From: an uncultured Victivallales bacterium
GTDB lineage: Bacteria; Verrucomicrobiota; Lentisphaeria; Victivallales; UBA1829
Length of the DNA: 64,000 nt
Reading direction: 5' to 3'
Assembly: GCA_944391115.1 (NCBI GenBank)
Contig: CALXSJ010000001.1
Coordinates: 3,169 to 67,168, forward strand
The notes under the pieces were generated by a model. The model saw only the letters and a program-made list of their open reading frames with translations. It ran no database searches and was not told where the DNA came from. Positions 37,796-47,280 of the stretch are shown here, piece by piece; positions within the stretch are counted from its first letter, which is position 1; each line of letters opens with the position of its first letter. Position numbers and translations under genes: made by a program.

Positions 37796-40699
37796 ATGAA
37801 AACGAAACATTGCGGATTGCTTTTGACAGGAATCCTTTCGGCTTTGACCGCCTCCGCTTCCGGAGCGGAATGTCATCTTCCCTGCATGCCGCCTGCGCCG
37901 GACGCCGCGGCTGCGCTTGAGCGCATGAAGCGGGAGGCACCGCGCCGCCGGGCGCATACGGAACGGCCGTTTCTCTTTGTGCGGACGCAGCTGAAATACG
38001 GATTGGAACGGGACGACTATCTGCATAAATGGCTGGACCGTCCTCTGATGCAGGACTCCTCGCTGGCGAAAGCGGACGATCCCCGGCATTTCATCAATGA
38101 AAACTCTTATCGCCGGATGGCTGCGATGATCCGTTTCGGCGGCATGGACGGAGCCGCCTTTTTCCCGGCGACTTCCGGACGGCGCGATCTTTTTTCCCGT
38201 TCGCTTCTGCCGGAAGCGAAGCTGCCTGTTCTCGTGGAACTGGTTCCCGTGGGCAGGAATCCGCTGGAAACTGACCTTGAAATGGCGGGACTTGCCATGA
38301 AAGCGCCGAACGCTTTCCGCATCAACGGGAAAATTGTCCTGACGCGCTATCCCGGAGGAACACCGGAATATTCCAGGGAACTCAGGCAGAAACTCCGGCA
38401 GCGTTATGGAGATCATTTCTTGTATCTGCCCTATCTGCATTTCAAAACATTTCAGCCGGACAGAAAACTGGATGGAAAAACCATCGAACGCATGAAAGAG
38501 GAGCTGCGCACCGGACTGCGCGCGGCGGACGGCATCTTTTTCAGCGACCGGAGTTCTGTCTGGAAACGCAGATTCAACCTGGATTTTGAGCAGCAGGTCA
38601 TCATCCCGATTTTGAACAGCGTCTATTCCGAAAAGGAGTTTCAGAACAAGATCCTGGGGTATGCCGTGGTTGCGGAACACTCGAATTCCTACCGTTTCAC
38701 GCATACCCTGGACTGCACCGGGACCACCTTCCTGCGGCACAAGCTGGAGGCCGCGCGCTCCCTGCGCCCCGATTTCATCGTCATGACGGAATGGGATGAA
38801 CAGAATGAACATACGCACTTCCGCCCGACGGTCTGCAACTCCTTTTCCACGCAGCGGATCGTCCGCGCCTATGCAGCGCTTCTGGCCGGCGGGAAGCATG
38901 CGCCGCTTCCCGGAGACGATTTGTCCATTCCCAATCTGATTGTCAGCTTCCGCCGGAATCTGAGCGCGGGGGAATGGCTCGAGATGGAAGTCGCGAATGT
39001 TCCGGACGGGACGCTGGATGACGCGGTGTTCCGGATTGATGCGCGTCTGAAGGATCTCAGGGGAAATACGGTAAAAACGTTTTCTCCCCTGTCGCTTCGC
39101 GGCAGCGCGCTCGCGGAGTCCGTCTGGTTCCGGATGCCTTGCGCGGAACTGCTCCGGCATCAGGTTGTCCGGCCGGAAATTTCCGTATCCCGGGGCGGGA
39201 AACGCGTTGTTTTTTCCGACGCCATGGCTGCGATTGAGATTCGCGCCAACTGGAATATGGATTACAAATGGGTGAAACATCCGCTGCGCGATCTTCCGAA
39301 AGGTATCCGGAGCGAGCTTGGCGCGGCGGAAATGCGGCCGGATGGAACGCTGCTGCTGAAAGGAAGAGTTTCCTCCCCGAAAAAACTGCGCAGCGTGGAG
39401 ATTCTGGAAGGGAGCAATGTTGTTTATTCCCATGCGAAACGGGGATTTCCGAAAGAGGATGGCGACACCGTCATCCTGAGCATCGCTCATCAGGCTTCGA
39501 AGAAACGTGTCTTCAACGGCACGATTGCGTTGAACCATGGAGTGGAAGCTGTGAAAGGCGCCCGCGGCGTCAGGTTCCGGGATGGAAAGCTGCTCTACCG
39601 GAATGTGGAATTCAGCCTGTATCCATTTTCCGTCTATCTGGCAGTGAAGCGAAAGGATATGGAAAGCGGAGAACTGATCGTGGATCTGCCTCCGGTGCGC
39701 GGCAGAATCCGAACGGCGGATCTGATGAAACAGGGGATTTTCGGCATCGGCGGTCCGGACGGTTCCAATCTGGTCGTTTCCCGTTTTCTCTCCCAGGAGT
39801 CCATGCCGGAACCGCTATTTGAAAATACGGCGGAGTTTTCCGTGACTGTCCGCCCTCCGGACAAAAAGGCGGTCTATTCAATTCTCGCTGTGGACGAGGA
39901 TTATGGAATTTACCGGGGAAGCGTCCTTTCTCTTTACCGGCCGTCGAACAGAACCCGTGTCATTCACGTGTTTGACATGGAAAGGGAACAGGTGTTTCCC
40001 GTGGAGGCGGACGAGAATCTGCTGACTGATTTCGAATACCGTTTTCTGCCTCAGTGCGGGTCTGTGGTCCCCTGCGCGGCGGGGAGCAAGTACAGCGGCA
40101 TTCTCGGCGGATTTGTCCCTCTGGCGACGGGATACGGTTCCGGCGAAGCCGGATACGGCAATCTGGTGTGGCGATCCCTGCGCGCGGATCTCCCGGGTGT
40201 GGAAAATCAGGCTCCGGAGTATGTCCGGGAATCCGATGGAAGCTGGAGTCTGCAGTTCCGGGACTGCAATTATGTCAGTCTGCCTCTGCATGTGGTTCCC
40301 CCTTACTGCGGATTTGAACTTGAACTCAAAGTCATGCCGGATGCGCTGCCGGAGCGGACTCAAACTCTTTTCAGCAGCGGAATCAACGGGTTTAACCTGA
40401 CACTTTCCGGCGGCAGAGTGTCCGCTGAAATATTCTCCGGCAACCGCTTCTACCGGAAAGGCGGACGTTTTGCGACGGTGAGGGCCTCCGCGGACGGCGT
40501 CAGGGCGAAGGAATGGAACATCATCCGGGTGCTGTTCAGCGGAAGCTGCCTGGAAGTCGAGGTGAACGGAATTTCCGGAAGGAAAGTGTCTTTCTCCGGC
40601 TGTCTCATGCTGCCGCGGGCAACCGCTCTGGGCGCCGCCCAAACGGGGAACCGTTTTTTCCGGGGCAGAATTGCAGGCGTGAAGTGCCAGCCCCGCTGA
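37796..40699 (+). CDS. Large secreted protein: putative TIM-barrel glycoside-hydrolase-like N-domain and C-terminal LamG/ConA-like domain
   Basis: Signal peptide; DFIVMTEWDEQNEHTHFRP resembles the GH71/GH99 WNEwxExT motif; C-terminal beta-sandwich (WNIIRVLF, LEVEVNG, LGAAQ...FFRGRI). Confidence 0.6.
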   Translation: MKTKHCGLLLTGILSALTASASGAECHLPCMPPAPDAAAALERMKREAPRRRAHTERPFLFVRTQLKYGLERDDYLHKWLDRPLMQDSSLAKADDPRHFINENSYRRMAAMIRFGGMDGAAFFPATSGRRDLFSRSLLPEAKLPVLVELVPVGRNPLETDLEMAGLAMKAPNAFRINGKIVLTRYPGGTPEYSRELRQKLRQRYGDHFLYLPYLHFKTFQPDRKLDGKTIERMKEELRTGLRAADGIFFSDRSSVWKRRFNLDFEQQVIIPILNSVYSEKEFQNKILGYAVVAEHSNSYRFTHTLDCTGTTFLRHKLEAARSLRPDFIVMTEWDEQNEHTHFRPTVCNSFSTQRIVRAYAALLAGGKHAPLPGDDLSIPNLIVSFRRNLSAGEWLEMEVANVPDGTLDDAVFRIDARLKDLRGNTVKTFSPLSLRGSALAESVWFRMPCAELLRHQVVRPEISVSRGGKRVVFSDAMAAIEIRANWNMDYKWVKHPLRDLPKGIRSELGAAEMRPDGTLLLKGRVSSPKKLRSVEILEGSNVVYSHAKRGFPKEDGDTVILSIAHQASKKRVFNGTIALNHGVEAVKGARGVRFRDGKLLYRNVEFSLYPFSVYLAVKRKDMESGELIVDLPPVRGRIRTADLMKQGIFGIGGPDGSNLVVSRFLSQESMPEPLFENTAEFSVTVRPPDKKAVYSILAVDEDYGIYRGSVLSLYRPSNRTRVIHVFDMEREQVFPVEADENLLTDFEYRFLPQCGSVVPCAAGSKYSGILGGFVPLATGYGSGEAGYGNLVWRSLRADLPGVENQAPEYVRESDGSWSLQFRDCNYVSLPLHVVPPYCGFELELKVMPDALPERTQTLFSSGINGFNLTLSGGRVSAEIFSGNRFYRKGGRFATVRASADGVRAKEWNIIRVLFSGSCLEVEVNGISGRKVSFSGCLMLPRATALGAAQTGNRFFRGRIAGVKCQPR

Positions 40700-40756
40700 T
40701 GCTCCCTCTTTCCCTTGGGCATTTCGTTCTGCAGAAAATGCCTGTTCCGTTTCCCG

Positions 40757-40786
40757 CATGCGGAAGGATTTCATGTCTTCCGCATG
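40757..40786 (+). terminator. Hairpin downstream of the large secreted-protein gene
   Basis: CATGCGGAAG (40757-66) pairs with CTTCCGCATG (40777-86); no strong U tract. Confidence 0.5.
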
Positions 40787-40796
40787 GATCCATTGA

Positions 40797-40949
40797 TTTA
40801 TTAAAAAAATCAGGTTGATCCCGCGATGCTCTGCATCGCCGGGACAGTTTCGGGATTTCCAGTGAGTCCTGCCGCGCCGCCTGCGCAGACTGGTCACCGG
40901 AGACGAAATCCCCGATCTTTGCGCGTGCTCTGCACCGGGGCGGTTCATT
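40797..40949 (+). repeat. Dispersed ~150-nt intergenic element, copy 2
   Basis: TTTAT|TAAAAAAATCAGGTTGATCCC, hairpin GCGATGC-TCT-GCATCGC (40823-39), right hairpin GTGC-TCT-GCAC (40925-35), ends CGGGGCGGTTCAT. Confidence 0.9.
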
Positions 40950-41042
40950 TCCCTTCTTCAAGGACGGATTCCCGGAAAAAAACGCTGTTTCCGGAAGCCG
41001 GGGAGATATTTTTTTCAGAAAAATGCAATTCCCTCTTGATTT

Positions 41043-41072
41043 TTGCACAATAAATGGCAAAGTTGTTACGTT
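41043..41072 (+). promoter_or_regulatory. Possible promoter of the T2SS cluster
   Basis: TTGCAC-N18-TACGTT with an extended -10 TGn. Confidence 0.35.
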
Positions 41073-41132
41073 AAGCGAACGTTTGGCTGGATGGGTGCTG
41101 ATGGGTTTTCAATTATTTCAGGAGCAATCTGT

Positions 41133-42026
41133 ATGAAACGGACAACAACAGCGGGGATTTTGCTGCTTGCCTCCGCCTGTCTCATGCTTTCCGCGCAGGG
41201 GCCGGGCAGACAGCGTTTCCGGAACGGGGAGAATGAGCGTCCCCGGCAGGACAATACCGCGGAATGGGCTGAGGTTCAGGCAACGCTCAAAAAGAAGTAT
41301 CCGGAAAAATTCAAGGAAATTGAAAAACTTCAGGCGGGCAATCTCTATGCTGCGCTGGAGAAAATGCGCGAGCTTGCGTCTGAAGCCTCTGTGACGCTTC
41401 CGTCCGCGAGGCGGGGGGCGCGCGGCGACCGGCGTTTCGGCATGGGCGGCGGCAGGAATGACCGGCGCTCCGGCATGGGGATGTTTTCGAATATGAGGAA
41501 TCAGCGCGCATCTGTGGAAGCGGAACTGAAGAAAAAATATCCCGCGGAATACGCGGAAATTGAAAAACAGCGGATTCAGGCGGAAAATAAGCTGGAAGAA
41601 CTGGCGAAAAAGGCAAATGTCGAGCTGCCCGCGACCATGGAATCCGTTCAGCTTAAAATGACGGAACTGAAGAATTCCGGCAAGTTCAAGGCGGAATTCG
41701 ATGAAATCGAAAAACTTCGTGCGGAGGATCCGCGCGCGGCTTACCTGAAGACCTGGGAACTGATGCAGAAGGCCGGGGTGAAAATGCCGGAAATGCGGCG
41801 TTCCGGGTCTGGCGGATTCAGCCATGCCGGAGCCGGCGAGGATGCCGTTCCGCGCACGCCGAGAGTGAATCCTGTGCGCCAGATCATGGAGCTGCGGAAA
41901 AAATATCCCGGTGAAATGCAGAAACTGGATGCCTTGCGCCGGAATGATCCGGAAGCCTACCGGAAAGGCGTTGTGGAGCTTCTGAAAAAATCCGAAGCCG
42001 AACGCGGCTCCGGATCGAAACCGTAA
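41133..42026 (+). CDS. Secreted/periplasmic helical repeat protein at the head of the T2SS cluster
   Basis: RBS GGAG, signal peptide, four related repeats (LKKKYPEKFKEIEKL, LKKKYPAEYAEIEKQ, KFKAEFDEIEKLRAEDP, LRKKYPGEMQKLDALRRNDP). Confidence 0.75.
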   Translation: MKRTTTAGILLLASACLMLSAQGPGRQRFRNGENERPRQDNTAEWAEVQATLKKKYPEKFKEIEKLQAGNLYAALEKMRELASEASVTLPSARRGARGDRRFGMGGGRNDRRSGMGMFSNMRNQRASVEAELKKKYPAEYAEIEKQRIQAENKLEELAKKANVELPATMESVQLKMTELKNSGKFKAEFDEIEKLRAEDPRAAYLKTWELMQKAGVKMPEMRRSGSGGFSHAGAGEDAVPRTPRVNPVRQIMELRKKYPGEMQKLDALRRNDPEAYRKGVVELLKKSEAERGSGSKP

Positions 42027-42045
42027 CGCTGCAGGGAAGCCTTTC

Positions 42046-43272
42046 ATGAAATTTTCCACAATGAAAGAGTTCGCCGTCCTGCTTTTCGCTCCGGGCAGTG
42101 TCCGCTGCTGCTCGTTCCGGCGGGACGCAAAAGGGGTCCGCCTGAAGGCTTTCGCCCATTGCACCCATGATGAAACCGATCCGGCGAAGGCGTGGAAACA
42201 GGTGCTGCGCGAAACCTCGTACAGCCGTGTCTGTCCGCTGATTCTGTCCGGTGCGCTCAAGGGGGGGACGTTCTTCCGCTGCGCCGGGGTCCGGCTTGCC
42301 CCGAAGGCGATGCGCGGCGCGCTGGAATTTGAACTTCCGCAGAGACTGCTCCAGGATACGGCGAATTTTGAACTGGAATTTGTCACGCGTCCTGAGGCGG
42401 CCGAAGGCGAGACGATTCCCGTCAACGTCTATGCGTTTCCCGCCACGGACAAGGAACGTCTGGCCGCGATGCTGACCCAGAGCATCGGAAAGGCGGATTA
42501 TTTTGTCTATCCGCTTCTGGCGCTCCGGGAATCCGACGGGCCCGTTTATCTGCCCGGCATTGAAAGCGATTTCTATTTTTCCGAAGGCGGATGGCATCCG
42601 GTTGCGGAACTTCCGCCGGACTGGCTTTCCTTCTGGGAGAAGGAGATGCGCGGCAGTTTTCTGCTTCCGGAAGAACCGGAATTCAAGCTTTCCGAATGGC
42701 TCGGGTGTCTTCTCTGCGCGCGTCTTGCCGCCGCCGCGGACGTGAAGCATACGTTCGCCGGGCTCAATGTGCTGCCCCGGCAGCTGCGGCCGAGCCGTTT
42801 GCGCAACCAGCTGCGCCTGACCGCGCTGCTGCTGGTTCTGCTGGCCGTGAACTTCGCATGGGGACTGGCCGGCACCCTTTCCGGCAATCACAGGGAGTAT
42901 TCCCGGCTGACTGCCGCCCGGAACCGTCTCCGCACGGAGGTTATGACATCGCAGCGGAAGCTCAAGACGGCGGAAAAGGAGCTGCGCGAGCTTACGCGCG
43001 TCATCAACCAGTCGCCCGGGGAGCGCGATGTGATAGGAAAGCTGGCGCGCTTTTCCGAGGTCCTGCCCAACAATGTCATGGTGACCAATCTGCGCTGGAC
43101 CGACAGCAGTGTCGACCTGACGCTGCGCAGCGAGGCGGAGAGCCTGAACGTTCCGGAGATGATCCGCCCCCTGAAATTCTGGAAGATTGAGCAGATCCAG
43201 CAGCGGCGGAGGAACAACGACACGACGAACACGATCATGCTGAAACTCGTTTCCTCGGAGGAGCGAAAATGA
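42046..43272 (+). CDS. GspL/PilN-like inner-membrane assembly protein
   Basis: Long cytoplasmic N-region, TM (LTALLLVLLAVNFAW), coiled coil, PilN-like C-domain (LPNNVMVTNLRW...LTLRS); position in the T2SS operon. Confidence 0.7.
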   Translation: MKFSTMKEFAVLLFAPGSVRCCSFRRDAKGVRLKAFAHCTHDETDPAKAWKQVLRETSYSRVCPLILSGALKGGTFFRCAGVRLAPKAMRGALEFELPQRLLQDTANFELEFVTRPEAAEGETIPVNVYAFPATDKERLAAMLTQSIGKADYFVYPLLALRESDGPVYLPGIESDFYFSEGGWHPVAELPPDWLSFWEKEMRGSFLLPEEPEFKLSEWLGCLLCARLAAAADVKHTFAGLNVLPRQLRPSRLRNQLRLTALLLVLLAVNFAWGLAGTLSGNHREYSRLTAARNRLRTEVMTSQRKLKTAEKELRELTRVINQSPGERDVIGKLARFSEVLPNNVMVTNLRWTDSSVDLTLRSEAESLNVPEMIRPLKFWKIEQIQQRRRNNDTTNTIMLKLVSSEERK

Positions 43273-43952
43273 ATGATAAGATCAAGGCGTTTCTGAAAAC
43301 GGGAAAGGGCAAGCTTGCGGTTGCCTGTGGCGCGCTCCTTCTCAGCTGGATTTTCCTTCTGACCCAGCTGGGCGGAAGCTTTTCCTCCTGGTTTCCGAAC
43401 GAGGCGCGAAAGGAAGCGCTGCGCAAGGAGATCAAAAAACTGGAAGCCGAACAGGCGGAACAGCAGAAAAAGCTCCGGGAAATGGACGAGGTTCAGAGGA
43501 AATACCGCGGCATGATCGAGAACAGCTGGCAGTATGAACGCGACGGTGATCCGGAACTGCTGCTCCGCCGGGCGGTGGAGATTACGGCAAAGGAAACGGA
43601 AATCAGCCTCAACAACCTCGGTTCCGTTCGTACATCGCGCATCAATGACGATTTTTATTTCGCGGAACTGGACGTTTCTTTCAGCGCGCCGTTTGAAAAT
43701 CTGATGCATTTCATTGCGAAACTGCAGGCGAACAAGCCGGCGCTTCCCTGGCGGCGCATCACGGCGAATCTGTCGATGCGTCCGCCGCATCAGCAGAATA
43801 CCCGCGTCGTGTCGAACACCGCGACAACCGCCGCCACCCAGACTACGCTCATGTTCAACGGGACGATCCGCGTGATCGCCTTTGACGGCGAACTGCCGCC
43901 CGAGGGAAAGACGCTTGCGCGCATTCCGCAGCGTCGGGGAGGAAGAAAATGA
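43269..43952 (+). CDS. GspM/PilO-like protein
   Basis: N-terminal TM, coiled coil, ferredoxin-like C-domain (ELDVSFSAPFENLMHFIAKL); ATGA overlap. Confidence 0.7.
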   Translation: MNDKIKAFLKTGKGKLAVACGALLLSWIFLLTQLGGSFSSWFPNEARKEALRKEIKKLEAEQAEQQKKLREMDEVQRKYRGMIENSWQYERDGDPELLLRRAVEITAKETEISLNNLGSVRTSRINDDFYFAELDVSFSAPFENLMHFIAKLQANKPALPWRRITANLSMRPPHQQNTRVVSNTATTAATQTTLMFNGTIRVIAFDGELPPEGKTLARIPQRRGGRK

Positions 43953-44851
43953 AAACAGCTTTGATCCTGTTCAATGTCTTTCTTGCCGCAATGCTTCTCT
44001 GGGGGGTTGCCTCCCATTTCAAGTCTGCGGATAAAACCGTTTACACCGTCAAGAAACATTCCTCGGTCCGTCCGGTGAAGACTCCCGCAAAGTCGGTTTT
44101 GAAAGTATCCGAGACACGCAAAAAAGAGATGACGCCGGACGAGCAGCTTGCAAAGATCATCGAAACCAATGTCTTCAATGCCGACCGCTGCCCCAATGCG
44201 AGCACGCCCGGCAGAAATACCCGTGTCGAACTTTCTCTGGTCGGAACATTTAAAATCGGGGACTGCGTGGGCGCCATTATCAAGCAGAAGGGATCCGGCG
44301 CTCCCGCGCGGCGGAATTTCCCGTTTCCCCAGGGCGGTCCGCTTCCGCCGGGAATCATGCCTCCAGGACGGCAGATGGGAATCTCGCGAAATGACAGAAC
44401 GGAAAATGTCAACACCACCAACACGCGCGGTGCGGCGCGCGGCGTCCGGGGACAGATGAAGGCGATCTTTTCCAATATCACCGTGGCGGCCGCAGGCAAT
44501 CAGGTTTCCTACAAGCAGTATGTCCGGCTCGGAGAGACGCTCAGCAACGGGTATACGCTGGCCGAAGTCAACCGCGACAGCGTGCTTCTGACCCGCGGCA
44601 GTGACAAACTTGAACTCGAACTGCTTGACGCTTCAAAGAATGCTCCGCAGACGGTGCGGCGGACGAACCGGCGCGTGAACACCGGCACCCAGATGCTCCG
44701 GACTCTCCAGAACATGCAGCGCATGCAGATGTTCCAGAACAGACAGATGATAAACATCATGCGCCAGAACATGAACCGGCAGCAGGCGCAGCCGCAGCAG
44801 AGCGCCACCGGCAACATGCGGACGAACCGTGCACGCACCGGACGACGATAG
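43949..44851 (+). CDS. GspC-like protein (HR domain, no PDZ, Q/M/R-rich tail)
   Basis: N-terminal TM, NVFNADR, LSLVGT...GAII, VRLGETLSNGYTLAEVNRDSVLL. Confidence 0.65.
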   Translation: MKTALILFNVFLAAMLLWGVASHFKSADKTVYTVKKHSSVRPVKTPAKSVLKVSETRKKEMTPDEQLAKIIETNVFNADRCPNASTPGRNTRVELSLVGTFKIGDCVGAIIKQKGSGAPARRNFPFPQGGPLPPGIMPPGRQMGISRNDRTENVNTTNTRGAARGVRGQMKAIFSNITVAAAGNQVSYKQYVRLGETLSNGYTLAEVNRDSVLLTRGSDKLELELLDASKNAPQTVRRTNRRVNTGTQMLRTLQNMQRMQMFQNRQMINIMRQNMNRQQAQPQQSATGNMRTNRARTGRR

Positions 44852-44886
44852 AAAGATGCAGTAAAATAACATAGGATGCCCCAGAA

Positions 44887-47280
44887 ATGATTGATGTTGT
44901 GCAAAACCGAATGAAGCTCCGGATTTTCCGGATCGCAGCGCTGCTGTTCGGCGTGCTGCTTCTGCAATCCTGTTCCCATCTTCAGAAAGATCTGGACGAG
45001 ATCACGCAGGACGCCCCGGAAAAGAAGGAGGAGCCGGGAAAAGCCGACCGTTTCGCTTTCCTGAAAACCGAGACGAGGGAAATCTCCAAGGTGCGCGGCG
45101 CGACCGAGAGCATCAACGAGGAGCTGGTTCAGACCAATGCGGAACGGGAGCTGCCTTCGAATTTGAAAAGCAAAACCGAAAAGATTCCCGTGACCGCGCT
45201 TGCGCCGAAGCCGGAGACGCCGAAGACGCCGCTGCACTTCTATGACGATTTCGTAATCCTGAACGGCGACGAGGAGATCACCGTGAATCTGGTGTTCAAC
45301 AGCGCCCCGCTGCTGGACGTGATTCCCTCCTTTGCGGACGCGCTCGGATTCAACTTCCTGGCCGACAGCGATCTCAAGGGGGTCGTTACGCTGAACATCG
45401 ACCAGAAAATGACCAGGAAAGAGCTCTGGGACACCTTTGACAAGATGCTGAATCTCTCGGGAGCCGGCGTCACGGTCGAGGGCACCCTCCTGCGGATCAT
45501 GGCGCTGCCGAAGGTCGCGAGACAGTCCGATTCCCGCCTTGCCGTCGACGGAAGCGGCGAACTCTTTTACTATCCGCTCAAGAACACCACAGCCAAGGAA
45601 GTCGTCAACCAGATCAAGCCGTTCATCGGGAAGGATGCGGTCTGTGTCGAGCTGACGCGTCCGAACGCGGTCATGATTGCCGACGACCGCGCGAACATGC
45701 CGAAGCTCAAGCAGCTGCTCGACATCATCGACATGAGCGGAAAAAGCGCATGGAAGCGCAAAATCCTCCTCTGCTCGAACATTCTTCCGAGCAAACTGAC
45801 CAATGAGCTCAAAACCATTCTTCCGGTTCTCGGATTCAACGTCCAGCAGATCACGGACAAGACCGAGACGCCCGGTTCCGTCCAGATCAACGGACTCGAC
45901 CGCCTTCACATTCTGGTTGTCTCCGCCGCGACCGAGGAGGCGATTCAGGAGATTCAGCAGTGGGTGGATCTCCTTGACAGCTCGAACTCGCTGGATCAGG
46001 AGCGTGTGTTCGTCTACAAGGTCCGCCACAACAAGGCGTCCCAGCTGGCGCAGGCGCTTTCGATCATCTACGACATTCAGGGATCGAGCCTGACGATTGA
46101 CACCACCACCGGCAATACGAAAATGGAAACCGTCAATTCCACCCAGACGAACCGCAACCGGAACACCAACACCAGGACGCCCGCCGGACAGATCGACATC
46201 AACAGCACGGAAAACACGCTGACCGACCGGAATTCCAATGTGTTCAACACCCCGGTCCGGGTGTTCGCCGACGGCGTGCTGAACCGTCTCGTGGTTCGGA
46301 CGACGCCGCGCACCTACGCCTCGATCAAGGCGCTGCTCAACCGCCTGGACGTCGTGCCTGCGCAGGTGCTTCTGCAGGTGCTCATCGTCGAGGTCTCTCT
46401 GACGGAATCCACCCAGTTCGGCATTGAGCTTTCCGGCGCCTACAACGGAAGCAAGACCAACTCGCTGATCGGCACCAATTACACGGATCTCACCACGCCG
46501 ACCACCTCGACGATCAAGGACGAGAATACGGGGGAAATCACCAGAACGACGAACCGCCAGACCGGATTCAGCTATTTCCTTACCGACCCGGACAATCCCA
46601 GCAACAAGTTCGCCTATATCCGCGCGCTCGCCGGAAACGGAAACACGAAGATCATCTCCAGTCCGCAGCTGCTGGTTTCCAGTCATACCGAGGCGAAGAT
46701 CAACGTCGGCACCGAAGTGTCCGTCATCACCGGATCGATCACAAACACCTCCTCCTCCGGGAGCATGTCCAACACCTATGACTGGGAAACCACCGGCGTG
46801 ACGCTTACCGTGACGCCGCAGATCACCAGCAACGACCTGATTTCCCTGAAGGTCGAGCAGGAACTTTCCAGCGTCGATTACACGAATTCGACCGCGGAGA
46901 ATCCGAACCCGAACAAGAACAACCGCAGCATCACCACGAACATGACGATCGCCAACGGGAAAACGATGATTCTCGGCGGACTGATCCAGGAGCAGAAGAC
47001 CGATAAGCTCGATTCCGTGCCGATCATCAATCAGATTCCCATTCTGCGGCGCCTGATCGGTTCGACCGACGCATCCGTGGACCGCACGGAGATTCTCGTG
47101 CTCGTGACCGGCTATATTGTCAACGAACGCAACAAGGTAGAGGAGCTGATCGAGCGTTACAACGACGCTCTGAAGGCGCTGAACGACTTCGACGACAATC
47201 TCTCCGGCAAGAACGGCGTGTTCCTCTCCAAACCGCGCATCATGACAACGAAGGAGTTCTGGTCCAATGACCTCTTCTGA
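44887..47280 (+). CDS. gspD: Type II secretion system secretin
   Basis: Lipobox LLQSC, N0/N domains, QVLLQVLIVEV, KIISSPQLLV, TGVTLTVTPQI, GKTMILGGLI, PIINQIPILRRL, EILVLVT. Confidence 0.95.
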   Translation: MIDVVQNRMKLRIFRIAALLFGVLLLQSCSHLQKDLDEITQDAPEKKEEPGKADRFAFLKTETREISKVRGATESINEELVQTNAERELPSNLKSKTEKIPVTALAPKPETPKTPLHFYDDFVILNGDEEITVNLVFNSAPLLDVIPSFADALGFNFLADSDLKGVVTLNIDQKMTRKELWDTFDKMLNLSGAGVTVEGTLLRIMALPKVARQSDSRLAVDGSGELFYYPLKNTTAKEVVNQIKPFIGKDAVCVELTRPNAVMIADDRANMPKLKQLLDIIDMSGKSAWKRKILLCSNILPSKLTNELKTILPVLGFNVQQITDKTETPGSVQINGLDRLHILVVSAATEEAIQEIQQWVDLLDSSNSLDQERVFVYKVRHNKASQLAQALSIIYDIQGSSLTIDTTTGNTKMETVNSTQTNRNRNTNTRTPAGQIDINSTENTLTDRNSNVFNTPVRVFADGVLNRLVVRTTPRTYASIKALLNRLDVVPAQVLLQVLIVEVSLTESTQFGIELSGAYNGSKTNSLIGTNYTDLTTPTTSTIKDENTGEITRTTNRQTGFSYFLTDPDNPSNKFAYIRALAGNGNTKIISSPQLLVSSHTEAKINVGTEVSVITGSITNTSSSGSMSNTYDWETTGVTLTVTPQITSNDLISLKVEQELSSVDYTNSTAENPNPNKNNRSITTNMTIANGKTMILGGLIQEQKTDKLDSVPIINQIPILRRLIGSTDASVDRTEILVLVTGYIVNERNKVEELIERYNDALKALNDFDDNLSGKNGVFLSKPRIMTTKEFWSNDLF

